Shown here: positions 12,645-25,160 of the stretch, piece by piece
How positions within the stretch are numbered: the first letter of the stretch is position 1
Layout of the letters: every line of letters starts with the position of its first letter
Origin: Squalus acanthias
Lineage: Eukaryota
Assembly: GCA_030390025.1 (NCBI GenBank)
Contig: CM059432.1
Coordinates: 125,738,001 to 125,802,000 of the forward strand
DNA: 64,000 nucleotides
Direction: 5' to 3'
The notes under the pieces: model-generated
Told to the model about the DNA's origin: nothing
Database searches by the model: none
Seen by the model: the letters and a program-made list of their open reading frames with translations, nothing else
Translations under genes and position numbers: made by a program

Positions 12645-14338
12645 AGTCCTGCCACGTCCAGTCATGAATGGTGGTGGACAATTAGACAACTAACAGGAGA
12701 AGGAGGCTCCATGAATATCTCCACCCTAAATGATGGCAGAGCAAAATAAAAGGCTGAAGTGTTTGCAATCATCTTCACCCAGAAATGCCGAGTGGATGAT
12801 CCATCTCGGCCTCCTCCTGAGGTCCCCACCATCACAGAAGCCAGTCTTCAGCCAATTCGATTCACTCCGTGTGATATCAAGAAACAGCTGAGCGCACTGG
12901 ATACAGAAAAAGCGAATGGGCCCCGACAACATCCCAGCTGTTGTGCTGAAGACTTGTGCTCCAGAACTAGCCGCGCCTCTAGCCAAGCTGTTCCAGTACA
13001 GCTACAACACTGGCATCTACCCAACAATGTGGAAAACTGCCCAGGTATGTCCTGTCCACAAAAAGCAGAACAAATCCAATCTGGCCAATTACCGCCCCAT
13101 CAGTCTACTCTCAATCATCAGCAAAGTGATGGAAGGTGTCGTCGACAGTGCGATCAAGGAGCACTTACTCACCAATAACCTGCTCACCGATGCTCAGTTT
13201 GGGTTCCGCCAGGACCACTCAGCTCCAGCCCTCATTACAGCCTTGGTCCAAACATGGACAAAAGAGCTGAATTCCAGAGGTAAGGTGAGATTGACTGTTC
13301 TTGACATCAAGGCAGCATTTGACCGAGTGTGGCATCAAGGAGCCCTAGTAAAATTGAAGTCAATGGGAATCAGGGGGAAAACTCTCCACTGGCTGGAGTC
13401 ATACCTAACACAAAGGAAGATGGTTGTGATTGTTGAAGGCCCATCATCTCAGCACCAAGACATCGCTGCAGGCGTTCCTCAGAGCAGTGTCCTCGGCCCA
13501 ATCATCTTCAGCTGCTTCATCAATGACCTTCCCTCCATCGTAAGGTCAGAAGTGGGGATGATTGCACAGTGTTCAGTTCCATTCACAACTCTTCAGATAA
13601 TGAAGCAGTCCATGCCTGCATACAGCAAAGCCTGGATGACATTCAGGCTTAGGCTCATGAGTGGCAAGTAACATTCGCATCACACAAGTGCCAGACAATG
13701 ACTATCTCCAACAAGAGAGAGTCTAACCACCGCCCCTTGACATTCAACGGCATTACCATTGCCAAATCCCTCACCATCAACATCCTGGGGGTCACCATTG
13801 ACCAGAAACTTCACTGGACCAGCCACATAAATACTGTGGCTACAAGAACAGGTCAGAAGCTGGGTATTCTGTGGCGAGTGTCTCACCTCATGACTCCCCA
13901 AAGCCTTTCCACCATCTACAAGACACAAGTCAGGAGTGTGATGGAATACTCTCCATTTGTCTGGATGGGTGCAGTGTATACCATCTACAGGATGCACTGC
14001 AGCAACTTGCCAAGACTTCTTCGACAGCACCTCCCAAACCCGCGACCTCTTCCACCTAGAAGGACAAGGGCAGCAGGCGCATGGGAACACCACCACCTCC
14101 AAGTTCCCCTCCAAGTCACACACCATCTTGACTTGGAAATATATCGCCGTTCCTTTATCGTCGCTGGGTCAAAATCCTGGAACTCCCTCCCTAACAGCAC
14201 TGTGGGAGTACCTTCACCACACGGACTGCAGCGGTTCAAGAAGGTGGCTCACTACCACTTTCTCGAGGGCAACTAGGGATGGGCAATAAATGCCGGCCTT
14301 GCCAGCGATGCCCACATCCCATAAACGAATAAAAGAAA
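12645..14338 (+). mobile_element. 5'-truncated LINE of a different CR1/Jockey-group lineage (RT and 3' end)
   Basis: GPDNIP, NYRPISLLS, QFGFR, LDIKAAFDRVWH, GVPQSSVLGP. The 3' terminus (GGGATGGGCAATAAATGC..GCCTTGCCAGCGA.GCCCACATC) recurs at 59827-59915. Confidence 0.88.
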
Positions 14339-14339
14339 A

Positions 14340-17012
14340 TTCTCCTGTGCATTACTTTAGTCACCTCTTCAAAAATTCCATCAGATTCATCAAAATTTAC
14401 AAATCCATGCTGTCTCTCTCTGATCAGTTGAAAATTTTCAAGGTGTTCAGTCACTTATCCTTAATTATAGATTCTAGTAATTTCCCGACAACAGATATTA
14501 GGCTAACTGGTTTATAATTCTCTGCTTTTCCTCTCTCAACTTTCTTAAATAGCAGAGTGATATGTGCAATTTTCCAATCTAAAGGAATGGTTCCTGAATC
14601 GAGAGAACTTTGGAAGATTATAGTTCGGGCATCTGCAATGCTCTCACCTACTTCCTTTAAAATCCTAGATGGAAACCATCTGGTCCTGGGGATTTGTTTA
14701 CACTTTAGTGCCATTATTTTCGTCATTACTGTTATTTTGCTGAAATTAATTTTGGTGAGACCCCGTCCCTCAGTCAATATTAGTTCCCTTGGCATGTTCT
14801 ACTGTAAATATTGACACAAAGGCCGGAGTTTTGCCAACCTCGGCGGGTCCGGTGTGGCCGGTGTCCATGGCGGGTCACGACCCCGCTGCTGGCTCCTTCC
14901 CGCTGTTGAAAATGAACTTACCTTAATGGAGCCTATTAAGCCCACCCAGCGCGTTACCCGGCCCAATGAGATGGAGCGGGTCTGGTGATGTCATTCATGA
15001 CGCGTTTTCTGACGGGATTCTTAAAGGGACCACAGCCACATTACATTTGATCTAACATAGTTGGAGAGCTGCAAACACTGACAATGACTGCACAGAGGCA
15101 GAGTGCTGCACCCAGGTTCTCCCATGACTCCCTCCATAGAGATCTCCCCAGGAGACCAAGACAGTCTGGTTGCAGATTGCAGAGGAGGTCACAAGGAGGG
15201 ATGTGTTCAGGAGGACCTGGGTGCAGTGCCGCAAATGTTTCAATGATCTCATTAGATCAGGAAATGTTAGTACAAAACCACACTCAACTTCATCCTGCTG
15301 TGCCTCTCATCACATCCCCATCACTCTGCCTTCCCTACCCTACTCCTGCACATCCTACTCACACCAACTTACCTTTCACCTCCACCCATCCCTCTCTCTC
15401 TATCTACATTATCACATCTCCATCTCACTAGCCACCCCTCACACTCACCATCATCCTAGTGCAATCATAACAACTAACAACACACAAGGGTAGCCACTTG
15501 GGTGATTTATCCAATGTTTATGTAAAGCTTCTGTTAATGTGGTGCAAACATTGAAATCTTTATTTTCAACACTTTCTGATCTTGGACACATTTGTGTGCA
15601 CCTTTGGAAGTGGCATAGTGAGTTGCAGTGAATGGTGAGACATAACGGTACCCCCCGCAATGGTAATGAGTGTGAAAGGAATGGCTTGGGCATTGTAGGG
15701 ACGCTTTATGGTGTTGGTGTGGGATGGTGCCAACCTGGTGCATCATGTGGCAGCCATATGGGTGTACAGCGTCAAGTGAAGTAAATCTGGCCATGCTGAG
15801 GCCATCCCTGGCCTCTCGGGTGCTGATGCCCTGTGTCCTGTGCAGCATCAGGTGATTGCAGAGAAGGTTGGTGTTGATGCTGGTGTTGGGGCTGATCGTG
15901 GTCCAATTCTGAGGACCAAGGTGAGAGAGTATAAATAGCATCCATGTTGATGGAATAGAGGGCAGGTGGAGTACAGATGACAGAAGCATTCTGTCAATGG
16001 TGAGAGAATTCTTCCAATGAGGTGAGATTGGATGAAGACTTCACTGGAAAGACTTGCAGCCTGCAGAAGCTGTGCTGGAATGGACTGAGCAACAGCTTCT
16101 GCCTGAGGAAAGTGATCATCTGTCAGGTGGGAGCTTTTACTGTACTTTTGATGTTGTCAAGTAATCAGCTGGAGCAATGGCCACAGAACTCCCGCCTCAG
16201 GTTGACAGACGTGGTTCCCGAGCTGCGTGAATCCTGTGGCCATGCAGGGAAATTTAAAAGTAAGTGAAAAAAGGCTCTTAAGTACCTGTAAACTACCTGA
16301 TAATCATCTCAATTGGGTCCCCCGCCACTGCCGGTCGGGTCGGCTCTGTGATGACAGACGCGCCTGGGGGAAAGGCGTGTGGGGGCGAGATGGCAGCAGG
16401 TTCCTGACCCGCTGTCAAAAATAACAACTTTCCCACCCGACCCGCCACTCATCGCGCCCGCTACCACCCTGGAAAATTCTGGCCAAAGTAATTATTCAAC
16501 ATGTCTGCCATTTCCTTATTTTCATTTGCAATATCACCGTTATCAGTTTTCTAGGGGCCCACATTGCTCCGGACCACCCTCTTTTTCCTAATAAAATTGT
16601 AAAAAAATTTTGTGTTGATTTTGCTATCCCTTGCAAGTTTCTTTTGTTGTTCTTTGTATCTCTCCCAGTCACCAGGATCTGTGCTATTTTTTGCATTTTT
16701 GTATGTTTTTTCTTTTAGTTTTATGTTGTCCCTTACCACTTGTCGTCCATGGTTGTTTTTTTTGGCAAGTAGAGCTCTTGCACTTAGGGATATAAACTGG
16801 TTCTGAATCACATTAAACACCTCCCACAGATCTTCTGTCGATTTACCCATTACCAGGTTTGCCCAGTTTACTGTGGACAGTCTCTGTCTCATCCCGGTTG
16901 AAGTCGGTCTTACCCAAATCGAAAATCTTAGTAGCTGTTTTGCGTTTCTCCCTTTCAAACACAACGTTAAACTTGGTCATATTGTGATCGCTATTAGATA
17001 AATGTTCACGCA
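14340..17012 (-). mobile_element. Degenerate CR1 ORF2 fragment split by the TIR element at 14821-16484
   Basis: DWKIAHITLLFKK, NYKPVSLISVVGKLLE, QHGFV. Sequence is colinear across the insertion (gacacaaa|...|aaagtaattattc). Confidence 0.8.
14821..16484 (+). mobile_element. PIF/Harbinger deletion derivative with a Myb/SANT-like remnant
   Basis: TIRs GGCCGGAGTTTTGCCA / TGGAAAATTCTGGCC with 3-bp TSD AAA. Frameshifted MTAQRQSAAPRFSHDSL...VWLQIAEEV...RRTWVQCRKCFNDL at about 15084-15260. Confidence 0.82.
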
Positions 17013-17014
17013 CA

Positions 17015-17790
17015 GGAGTTAGGAGCAGAGGTGAACAATGTTATGGAGGTGATGTAGGTGGTCTTTGTGATGGAGAGGATATCTGGTCAGAAGCACAGCT
17101 CAAGGATGCCCAGGTTGCAAACAGTTTTGTTCAGCCTGACAGTAGCCAGGGATAGAGTCGGTGGCAAGGGTATAAAGTTTGTGGGGGGGGGAGCTTTGGT
17201 TTTCCCAGTGTTTAGCTGGAGGAAATTACAGCTCATACAAGACTGGGTGTAAACAAGTAGTTTGATAACTCAGAAGCAGTGGAAGGGTTGAGAGAGGAGG
17301 TGAAGAGACAGAATTCGGTTTCATCAGAATACATGTGGAAGCTGACCCCATTTCTGCGGATGATGTTGGCCAAAGTATAGCATTTAGATTAGGATGAGGA
17401 GGAGGCGATTCTTGGATTCTAGGATGGATTCTTGGGCGACACTAGAGTAATGGTGCCGAGGTGGGACGAGAAGCCATCATTGGATGCTCTGCTACAATTG
17501 TATAGGTAAGAGTGGAACCAAGCAAGAGTAGCCACATTGAGTTGGGCCACGGAGAAGAGGAGTTGGAGGAAGATCATGTGATCAGCTGTGTTGAAGGGTG
17601 CAGAGAGGTCAAGGTGGACGAGGAGGGATAATGTACCACGGTCAGAGTCACAGTCACACAGAATGTTATTTGTGACTTTGGTTAGGGCCGATTTGGTGCT
17701 GTAGGAGGGACAAACCTGATTGGAGGTATTGAAACAGGGAGTTGTTGGAGAGGGGGCATGGATCTGGGAGGCGACAACACATCCAAGAAT
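17015..17790 (-). mobile_element. Degenerate L2 LINE RT fragment
   Basis: Colinear similarity to the L2 fragment at 24018-24502 (e.g. cagagtcac...gaatgttatttgtgactttg, tggaacca.gc.ag.g.ag.c.ca). Confidence 0.65.
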
Positions 17791-17879
17791 GTATTGAGTC
17801 TTGCTGGAATATGGTCACAATGGTGCCAGCTACCCTTCATTACCTCACTTAAGTGGCCTTTGTTTTTGTTGATCATGTC

Positions 17880-18110
17880 CTCACTTGACATCCACAAACA
17901 CACACTTACAGCAGGGTTCACTGGATAGTAATCAGGTACGGGGCCCTGACTGCTTTTCCCCTCCCTAACCTGGGAATGCTGAGGCCTTTAGTGTGTCCCT
18001 GTTGCTGCCCTGGCTGAAAGCTGCTAACTCAGAAAAGACATGGGATTGAATATACAACTTCCTGGTCTGTCTGGCTCAGCCATTCAATGAATAAACTGGC
18101 TGAGCAGTCA
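17880..18110 (-). repeat. Old interspersed repeat, possibly an ancient SINE; related pieces at about 11730-11790 and 12500-12630
   Basis: Shared blocks ctggatag..atca, ggaatgctgag, tggctgaaa, gctaactcag and gattgaat between the copies. Confidence 0.4.
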
Positions 18111-18202
18111 GGTGAGCCTTTTCTAAGTGTTCAAGCCTTTTAAAAAAAACAATATTGTTGCAGTGTGCAAATACAGATGCTATGTGCATAACAACAATAA
18201 TT

Positions 18203-18956
18203 GGGCCAGAAATTCGGCTCCCTGGCTTCCCGCCGGTGCAAGGATCGCGCGCACACCTACCTACCGCGCCTGCCGTTGACCTCTGGGCCCACGGGGACTT
18301 CAGCTCCTGGGCCTCCCCCAACTGCCGGCGCGCAGGGCTTGTGTATCCCAGGGGCGCAGTTAGTGCGATGCATCCCCTGGGATCATGTGGGCCATGGAGA
18401 GCCAATGGCAGCAGACCATCTTTCATTCATAGATTTGACAGGAAGACCTGAATACAGATCGGCCCCAAAACATCCCTAAAACTACAAATAAATTAAAAAA
18501 AAAAATCACATTTTTAAAATAACTATAAATTACATTCATTAACTATTTTAAACAAAAATTTAAATTTTTGAAAAAATTAATTACATTTTTTAACGGGGCT
18601 AAAACTAAACTTACCTTTCTTTAAAGTAATTAAAAAAGATAAATCTGTGAAAGAAATGTTTAAATTTGAATAAAATCAGCACTTACCTTGTTAAAAGAAG
18701 GCCTTGCACTTCCTTTTCAAAAGTGTATCTTCTCCGTGCTTACCTTCACGGAGGAATCTGTAAAAAAATCCGATGTGCGAGGCGAATGCGCTGGCCCTCC
18801 GGCGTGCGCGTTCGACCTCTGAACCCCTTTCCTCAGGGGAACGGAAGTGCCGGTTTCCCACGCATGCGCAGTGCATGCAAGAAACCGGCACTTTCGTTCC
18901 GCCCACGGGTGAGTACACAGTGCGTACTCACCCGACAACAGCCGAATTTCTGCCCC
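18203..18956 (-). mobile_element. Harbinger-type MITE, family A copy 2 (inverted relative to 8888-9651)
   Basis: 15-bp TIRs GGGCCAGAAATTCGG / CCGAATTTCTGCCCC (1 mismatch) and 3-bp TSD ATT (18200-18202, 18957-18959). Confidence 0.88.
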
Positions 18957-18959
18957 ATT

Positions 18960-20760
18960 AGCTTGCATTTCTATAGCACTCCTCACAAACAGAGAAACAT
19001 TTAGAGTGCCTTACGAGGCGATGGACAAAGAGTAGACAGTAATCAGGGAGGAGGGGAAAAAAAAGAGTAGGGTGAAAGCCTAGTCAAAGAGAATAATTTT
19101 AAGAAGGATTTTGATGACAGGATGGAAGGTGGAGGTGTGGAGAAGAAGGTTCCAGAGAGTTAGGTCATAATGGCTGAAGGAACAGTCACTGATGGTGGAA
19201 CGAACAAGGGTAGCAACAAGATGTAAGCTGGTGTCAAAACAATGGAGAACATAATAGATTGAGATCTCTGAGATAGGGGAGGGTAAGGTTATAGAGGGAT
19301 TGGGAGGCAAGGATGAGGATCTTAAAGTCTTTGGGGCACAGGGGCCAGTGCAGATTGGCAAGGGTGGGGTTATGGTGTTTTATGCATTTGAGCATTTTGG
19401 ATGAGGTGTAGGTGGAGGTAAAGAGGCTAGCAAGGAGCAAAAAGTGCCGTGAGGTGATAACGATATGTTTCAATATCAGAGGGGGAGAGGTGGGTGCAAT
19501 TTGGTGATATTAAGGAGACAAAAGAATCAGAGGTGGGGAGGAAGCTGAGCTCAAGGTCAAGCAGTACACCAAGGTTCAACACTTTTGGTAACAGCCAGGA
19601 TGTTTGATGGAGTCAAGACTAGTGAGCTTAAGAGAATGGGTTCAGAGTTGGTGACATTTAGCTGGAGGAAGTTTCAGCTCATTAAGGGCTTAATGTTTGA
19701 CAGGTAGTTGGAGAGAGTGGCAACAGACTTGTGATCAATGGAAGAGGCAGAGAAGTAGATTTGAGTTTCTTTGTCATACATGTGGAAGCTAAGCTCAAAA
19801 CTACTGGGAGAAATACCAAGGGGCAGCATAGAAATGACGAGGAGGGCTAAGGATGGAACTCTGGGGTATACCAGAGGTGACTGTGTGGGCACAGAGGAGG
19901 AGCCATTGGACGCAGTATATAGTAGCAAGAGAGAGAAGTGCCATGGTAGTGGGATGTGGAAGAGAGATGTTCGAGGAAGGTGCGATTGATGGTATCAAAT
20001 GCAGTGGAGCAGTTAAGCTGCAGTCACAGTCACACAGGATGTCACTTCTGCCTTTGACCAATGTGGTATCAGTATTGTTGCCCGCGGAGAAGGGTCTTGA
20101 ATGGTAAGAGAGACAACAGTGTAATTGCAAGGCAACAATGCATGTCCTAACTTTAGAGTGAAAGGAAAGGTTAGAGATGGGTGGTAAGTGCATAGAATGG
20201 CGACGTGAGAGTAGATTTTTTGAGGAAGGGGTGATAACAGTAGTTTTGAAGGATGTAATAATGATGCTGAAGCCTAGAGACACATTAATGTTTCCAGTAA
20301 GCATGAGGCTAAAGAGAGGAATCTGGAAGGTGTGTGTGTGTGGCGGGGGAGGGTCAATATAATGGATTTTATGATGAGCTCAATTTAGTGGTGGATTGCA
20401 GGAGAGGGGAAACCAATGGACTATATGAAGGATGGGGGCTCAGTCAGGAAGTGGGCTCGGGGTCAGGAACAGTTCCGGAGGCAGAGGCATTGGAATAGAC
20501 AATCTTACTTTTGTAAACAATAAGCTCCTGGTATTTGATACCAGAGGTGAGGATGGAAGATGTCGTGGGTGGAGGAGATGATTCATTGTGGTGAAAAGGA
20601 ATCTGGACTTGTTCCTACTTTCCAAGATGATCTTAGAGTAGTATAAGGATTTGGCCATAGGACAGTAATGGTAGAACTTGAGGTGGTCAAGTCATATTTC
20701 ACACTGGACAGCCAGACCAGTCATTCACCAAGTCCGATCAAGCGATGGCCTGTGAACTTG
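18960..20760 (-). mobile_element. Highly degenerate L2 LINE
   Basis: Remnant motifs PISNLSFHSKV, GIPQSSILSP, HMYDKETQIY, TLANLHW. Boundaries approximate. Confidence 0.65.
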
Positions 20761-21465
20761 AGATCACAGAGCTAGCGAATGTGCCGAGGTGCAGTGGAGG
20801 GTTGAAACTATCTGTGATCTTTTATCTGTGACAATAAGAGCTATGAAGAAAATAGATTTCAGGAAATTGAGAAGATGAAATGGTGCATGAAAGGAATAAA
20901 ATGGGAATAACTATTTAAAGGGAAGGATGTGAAAGGAAAATTGGAGTGCTTTGAGGAGATTTCTTTTTACATTGCAGAGACAGTTTATTCCAAAAATAAG
21001 TCAAGGACAAAACAGGAGAGTGAAAAAAATATGGATAAAAAGGGAAGTCATGGAGGGCATTAGAGAGAAATGATGTATAAAATGTACAGGGAAGGAACAA
21101 AACAGGGAGAAATGTCAAGAAAATGATATGCAAAGAGGGAACATGATAAGAATAAATCAGAAATTATAAAGGCCAATGTTATGCTTCAGGATTTTTTGGC
21201 CATCTTTCCACAGAAAAAAAGGATTCACGTTAATGTTGGTTTTTTAAACAAAGTGTATTCTCACAAAATTAAAAGAAAGGCACTTAGACAAAAGGTGGTT
21301 AATATACTAAATGGAAGTTGTTTTCCCAGGGTCTAAATAATGAACAATGTGAGCCTGTCTAGGTAATCAAAAAACACACGACACCCATTATGTTGGAAAG
21401 TCCTTTGATCTCTGTCTATCTGTAAACAGATGAAAGATAAAAAGAGGGAGACCAGAATCTGGAGA

Positions 21466-22267
21466 AAGAAACATAGGAACAGGAGTACACCATTCAGCTC
21501 CTTAAGCCTGTTCTGCCATTCAGTGAGATCATGACTGATCTGTATCCTAACTCCATTTATCTGCCTTGGCTCCATAGCCCTTAATACTCTTGACTAGAAA
21601 AATCTATCGATCTCAGATTTAACATTATTAATTGAGCTAGCATCCATTGCTTTTTGTGGGAGACAGTTCCACACTTCTACTACCCTTTGCGTGAAGAAGT
21701 GTTTCCTAACTTCTCCCCTGACTCTGACTGGCTCTGACTTTAAGGCTATGTCCCCTTGTCCTAGACTCCCTCACCAACGGAGAAAGTTTCTCTCTATCTA
21801 CCCTATCAATTCCTTTCAAAATCCTAAAAACCTCAATCAAATCACCCCTTAACCTTCTATATTCCAAGGAATGCAAGTCTAGTTTACGTAATCTCTCCTC
21901 ATAATCTAACCCTTGGAGCCCTGGTAATTCTGGTGAATCTGCGCTGCACTCCCTCCAAGACCAATATATCCTTTCTAAGGTGCGGTGCCCAGAACTGTAC
22001 ACAGTACTCCAGATGTGGTCTAACCAGGGCTTTGTACAGCTGTAGCATAACCTCCTCCCCTTTATATTCTAGCCCTCTAGGTATAAAGGCTAACATTCCA
22101 TTAGCCTTTTTGATTATTTTTTGTACCTGACCACTACATTTTAGTGATCTGTGCACATGGACCATTAAATCACTTTGGCCCTCCACTGTTCCTAGCTTTT
22201 CACCATTTAAAAAGTACTCGGATCGATTCTTTTTTGGTTCAAAATGGATGACCTCACACTTGCCTGA
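21466..22267 (-). mobile_element. CR1 3' fragment
   Basis: KCEVIHF, LVRPHLEYCVQFWAP, RRLRGDLIEVF and CR1-type 3' UTR. Confidence 0.88.
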
Positions 22268-22269
22268 CA

Positions 22270-22520
22270 AGGGAATGGTAGCATAGTGGTTATGTTACGG
22301 GACTAGTAATCCAGAGGCTGGCGACATGTAGTTCAAATCCCACCACGGCAGCTGGGGAATTTAAATTCAGTTAATTAAATAAATCTGAAATAAAAAAGCT
22401 AGTATCAGTAATGGTGACCATATAACTACCGGATTGTTGTGAAAACCCATCTGGTTCACTATACTTCCTTTAGGGAAGGAAATCTGTTGTCCTTACCTGG
22501 TCTGGCCTATATGTGACTAC
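22270..22520 (+). mobile_element. tRNA-derived SINE, 3'-truncated
   Basis: A box TAGCATAGTGG and B box GTTCAAATCC followed by non-tRNA body sequence. Confidence 0.65.
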
Positions 22521-22524
22521 CAAC

Positions 22525-24017
22525 CCGCTCCCAGGGGGCGGAATGTGAATTAAAATATTATAATGAGGCAGGAAACCTCTTTTTTAACCTCCATTCTGTT
22601 TTTAACTGCATGTGGACGGTTTCACACAATTCGTGAAACCAGGCAGTTAAAGCGAGGCGGGGACTGCTGGATCCAGGAGGTAAGTGGCTTTATACCTACC
22701 TCCTGAATCCAGGGTCCTTGCCTAACCTCCACCCACCCCCGCCCCGATTGGAGACCCCACCATGAGGGCTCCGATCCCCACCATGCTGATGATGCTGAGG
22801 TTGGCCACAACCTTCCAGTGGCCAACCCCGATCCTCTCTCCCACCCTCCCCACGATCCCCAGCCAATCCCTGCCCCCTGCTGATCCCCAATGCCCCGCCA
22901 ATCCCGGATCCCTGGCTGACCTCCCCCCCGCCGATCCTCGATCCCTGGCTGACCTACCCCCCCACCCCCACCAATCCCCGATCCCTGGCTGACCCTCCCC
23001 CCGCCGATCCCCGATCACTGGCTGACCTCCCCCCCCCGCCAATCCCCGATCCCCGATCCCTGGCTGACCCTCCCCCCGCCGATTCCCGATCCCTGGCTGA
23101 CCTACCCCCCCCGCCGATCCCCGATCCCTGGCTGTCCTCCCCCTCCCCCCCCCCCCGCCGATCCCCGATCCCTGGCTGACCTCCCCCCCCACCGCTGATC
23201 CCCGATCCCTGGCTGACCTCCCCCCCCCCCCCGCTGATCCCCGATCCCTGGCTGACCTTCCCCCCCCCCGCTGATCCCCGATCCCTGGCTGACCTTCCCC
23301 CCCCCGCTGATCCCTGATCCCTGGCTGACCTCCCCCCCCGCCCCGCTGATCCCCGATCCCTGGCTGATCTCCGCCCCCCCCCCCCGCTGATCCCCGATCC
23401 CTGGCTGACCTCCCCCCCCCCCCCGCTGATCCCTGATCCCTGGCTGACCTCCCCCCCCCCCCCCCCGCTGATCCCTGATCCCTGGCTGACCTCACCCCCC
23501 CCCCCCGCTGATCCCCGATCCCTGGCTGACCTCCCCCCCGCCCCGCTGATCCCCGATCCCTGGCTGACCTCCCCCCCGCTGATCCCCGATCCCTAGCTGA
23601 CCTCCCCCTCGCTTATCCCCGATCCCTGCCCCGCTGAGGTCGGCTTCCACACGGCTCACCCTCAACCCGCCGCCCGGCAGAGCCGCTGCTCCCAGCACCT
23701 GATTCTGGTCACTGAACTCCCGCCTCAGCTTCACAGACATGGTGCACGACCAGCGTGGAGCCCGTGAGCCAGCTGTCCAATGCAGAAACTGAGCTGAAAT
23801 TCATTTTAAGTGGCTCTGAACAAGCCACTAATTACTTGAATTGGTTCCCCGCTGTGAACCTGCCGCTCAGCACTGACAGACCCGACATCGGGGGAAGGCG
23901 CGTGGCGGCGGGTTCACAGCGGGGTCATGACCTGCTGGAGAAAAAAACACTTCCCCACCCGTGCGGCACCGACCGTGCCCGCTGACCACCACCGCCCCCC
24001 ACCGCTAAATCCAGCCC
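22525..24017. mobile_element. Harbinger-type MITE, left end lost, hosting a GC-rich minisatellite
   Basis: Right end GCTAAATCCAGCCC (reverse complement GGGCTGGATTTAGC) abuts L2 sequence. CpG-rich subterminal region like the other TIR elements here. No left TIR seen. Confidence 0.5.
22895..23630. repeat. GC-rich minisatellite, unit about 33-45 bp, about 19 copies
   Basis: Unit GATCCCCGATCCCTGGCTGACCT(C)nGC[CT] with variable poly-C run. Confidence 0.95.
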
Positions 24018-24502
24018 AATGGCGTCGGTCTTCCCAATATTTAGTCGGAGGAAATTTCTGCTCATCCAGGACTGGATGTCAGACAAGCAGTCTGACAATT
24101 TAAAGGCAGTGGAGGGGTCGAGAGAAGAGGTGGTGAGGTAGAGTTGGGTGTCATGCGGAACCTGACACTGTCTTTGGATGATGTCGCCGAGGGGCAGCAT
24201 GTAGATGAGAAATAGGAGGGGGCCAAGGATAGATCCTTGGGGGACACCAGAGGTAACGATGCGAGAGCGGGAAGAGAAGCCGCTGCAGGTGATTCTCTGG
24301 CTACGATTAGATAGATAAGAATGGAACCAGGCGAGTGCAGTCCCACCCAGCTGGACGATGGCGGAGAGGCGTTGGAGAAGGATGGAGTGGCCAATCGTGT
24401 CAAAGTTGCAGACAGGTCGAGAAGGACGAGGAGGGATAGCTTACCTTTGTCTCAGTCACAAAGGATGTCATTTGTGATGTTGACAAAAGCCCTTTCAGTA
24501 CT
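24018..24502 (-). mobile_element. L2 LINE RT fragment
   Basis: MLPLGDII..DTQLYL..LSDCLSDIQSWMSRNFLRLNIGKT and GVPQGSILGP. Confidence 0.85.
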
Positions 24503-24503
24503 T

Positions 24504-24660
24504 GTGAGTGTGTGTGAGGGGGGGTGTGAGAGTGAGTGTGTGAGGGTGTGTGTGTGAGGGTGTGTGTGAGTGTGTGTGTGAGTGTGTGTGAGGGAGTGTG
24601 TGAGGGTGTGTGTGTGAGGGTGTGTGTGAGTGAGTGTGTGAGGGTGTGTGTGTGAGGGTG
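24504..24660. repeat. (TG)n/GAGGG compound simple repeat
   Basis: GAGGGTGTGTGT(GT) and GAGTGTGTGT units running into the gap. Confidence 0.95.
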
Positions 24661-25160
24661 NNNNNNNNNNNNNNNNNNNNNNNNNNNNNNNNNNNNNNNN
24701 NNNNNNNNNNNNNNNNNNNNNNNNNNNNNNNNNNNNNNNNNNNNNNNNNNNNNNNNNNNNNNNNNNNNNNNNNNNNNNNNNNNNNNNNNNNNNNNNNNNN
24801 NNNNNNNNNNNNNNNNNNNNNNNNNNNNNNNNNNNNNNNNNNNNNNNNNNNNNNNNNNNNNNNNNNNNNNNNNNNNNNNNNNNNNNNNNNNNNNNNNNNN
24901 NNNNNNNNNNNNNNNNNNNNNNNNNNNNNNNNNNNNNNNNNNNNNNNNNNNNNNNNNNNNNNNNNNNNNNNNNNNNNNNNNNNNNNNNNNNNNNNNNNNN
25001 NNNNNNNNNNNNNNNNNNNNNNNNNNNNNNNNNNNNNNNNNNNNNNNNNNNNNNNNNNNNNNNNNNNNNNNNNNNNNNNNNNNNNNNNNNNNNNNNNNNN
25101 NNNNNNNNNNNNNNNNNNNNNNNNNNNNNNNNNNNNNNNNNNNNNNNNNNNNNNNNNNNN
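24661..25160. other. Assembly gap (500 N)
   Basis: N run of round length; true size unknown. Confidence 1.

Noticed and set aside
22722..23495. 257-aa Gly/Arg-rich ORF
   Set aside because: Translation of the minisatellite; frame shifts with poly-C length and there is no coding evidence.
24504..24660. Telomeric repeat next to the gap
   Set aside because: Units are GAGGGTGTGT/(TG)n, not TTAGGG.
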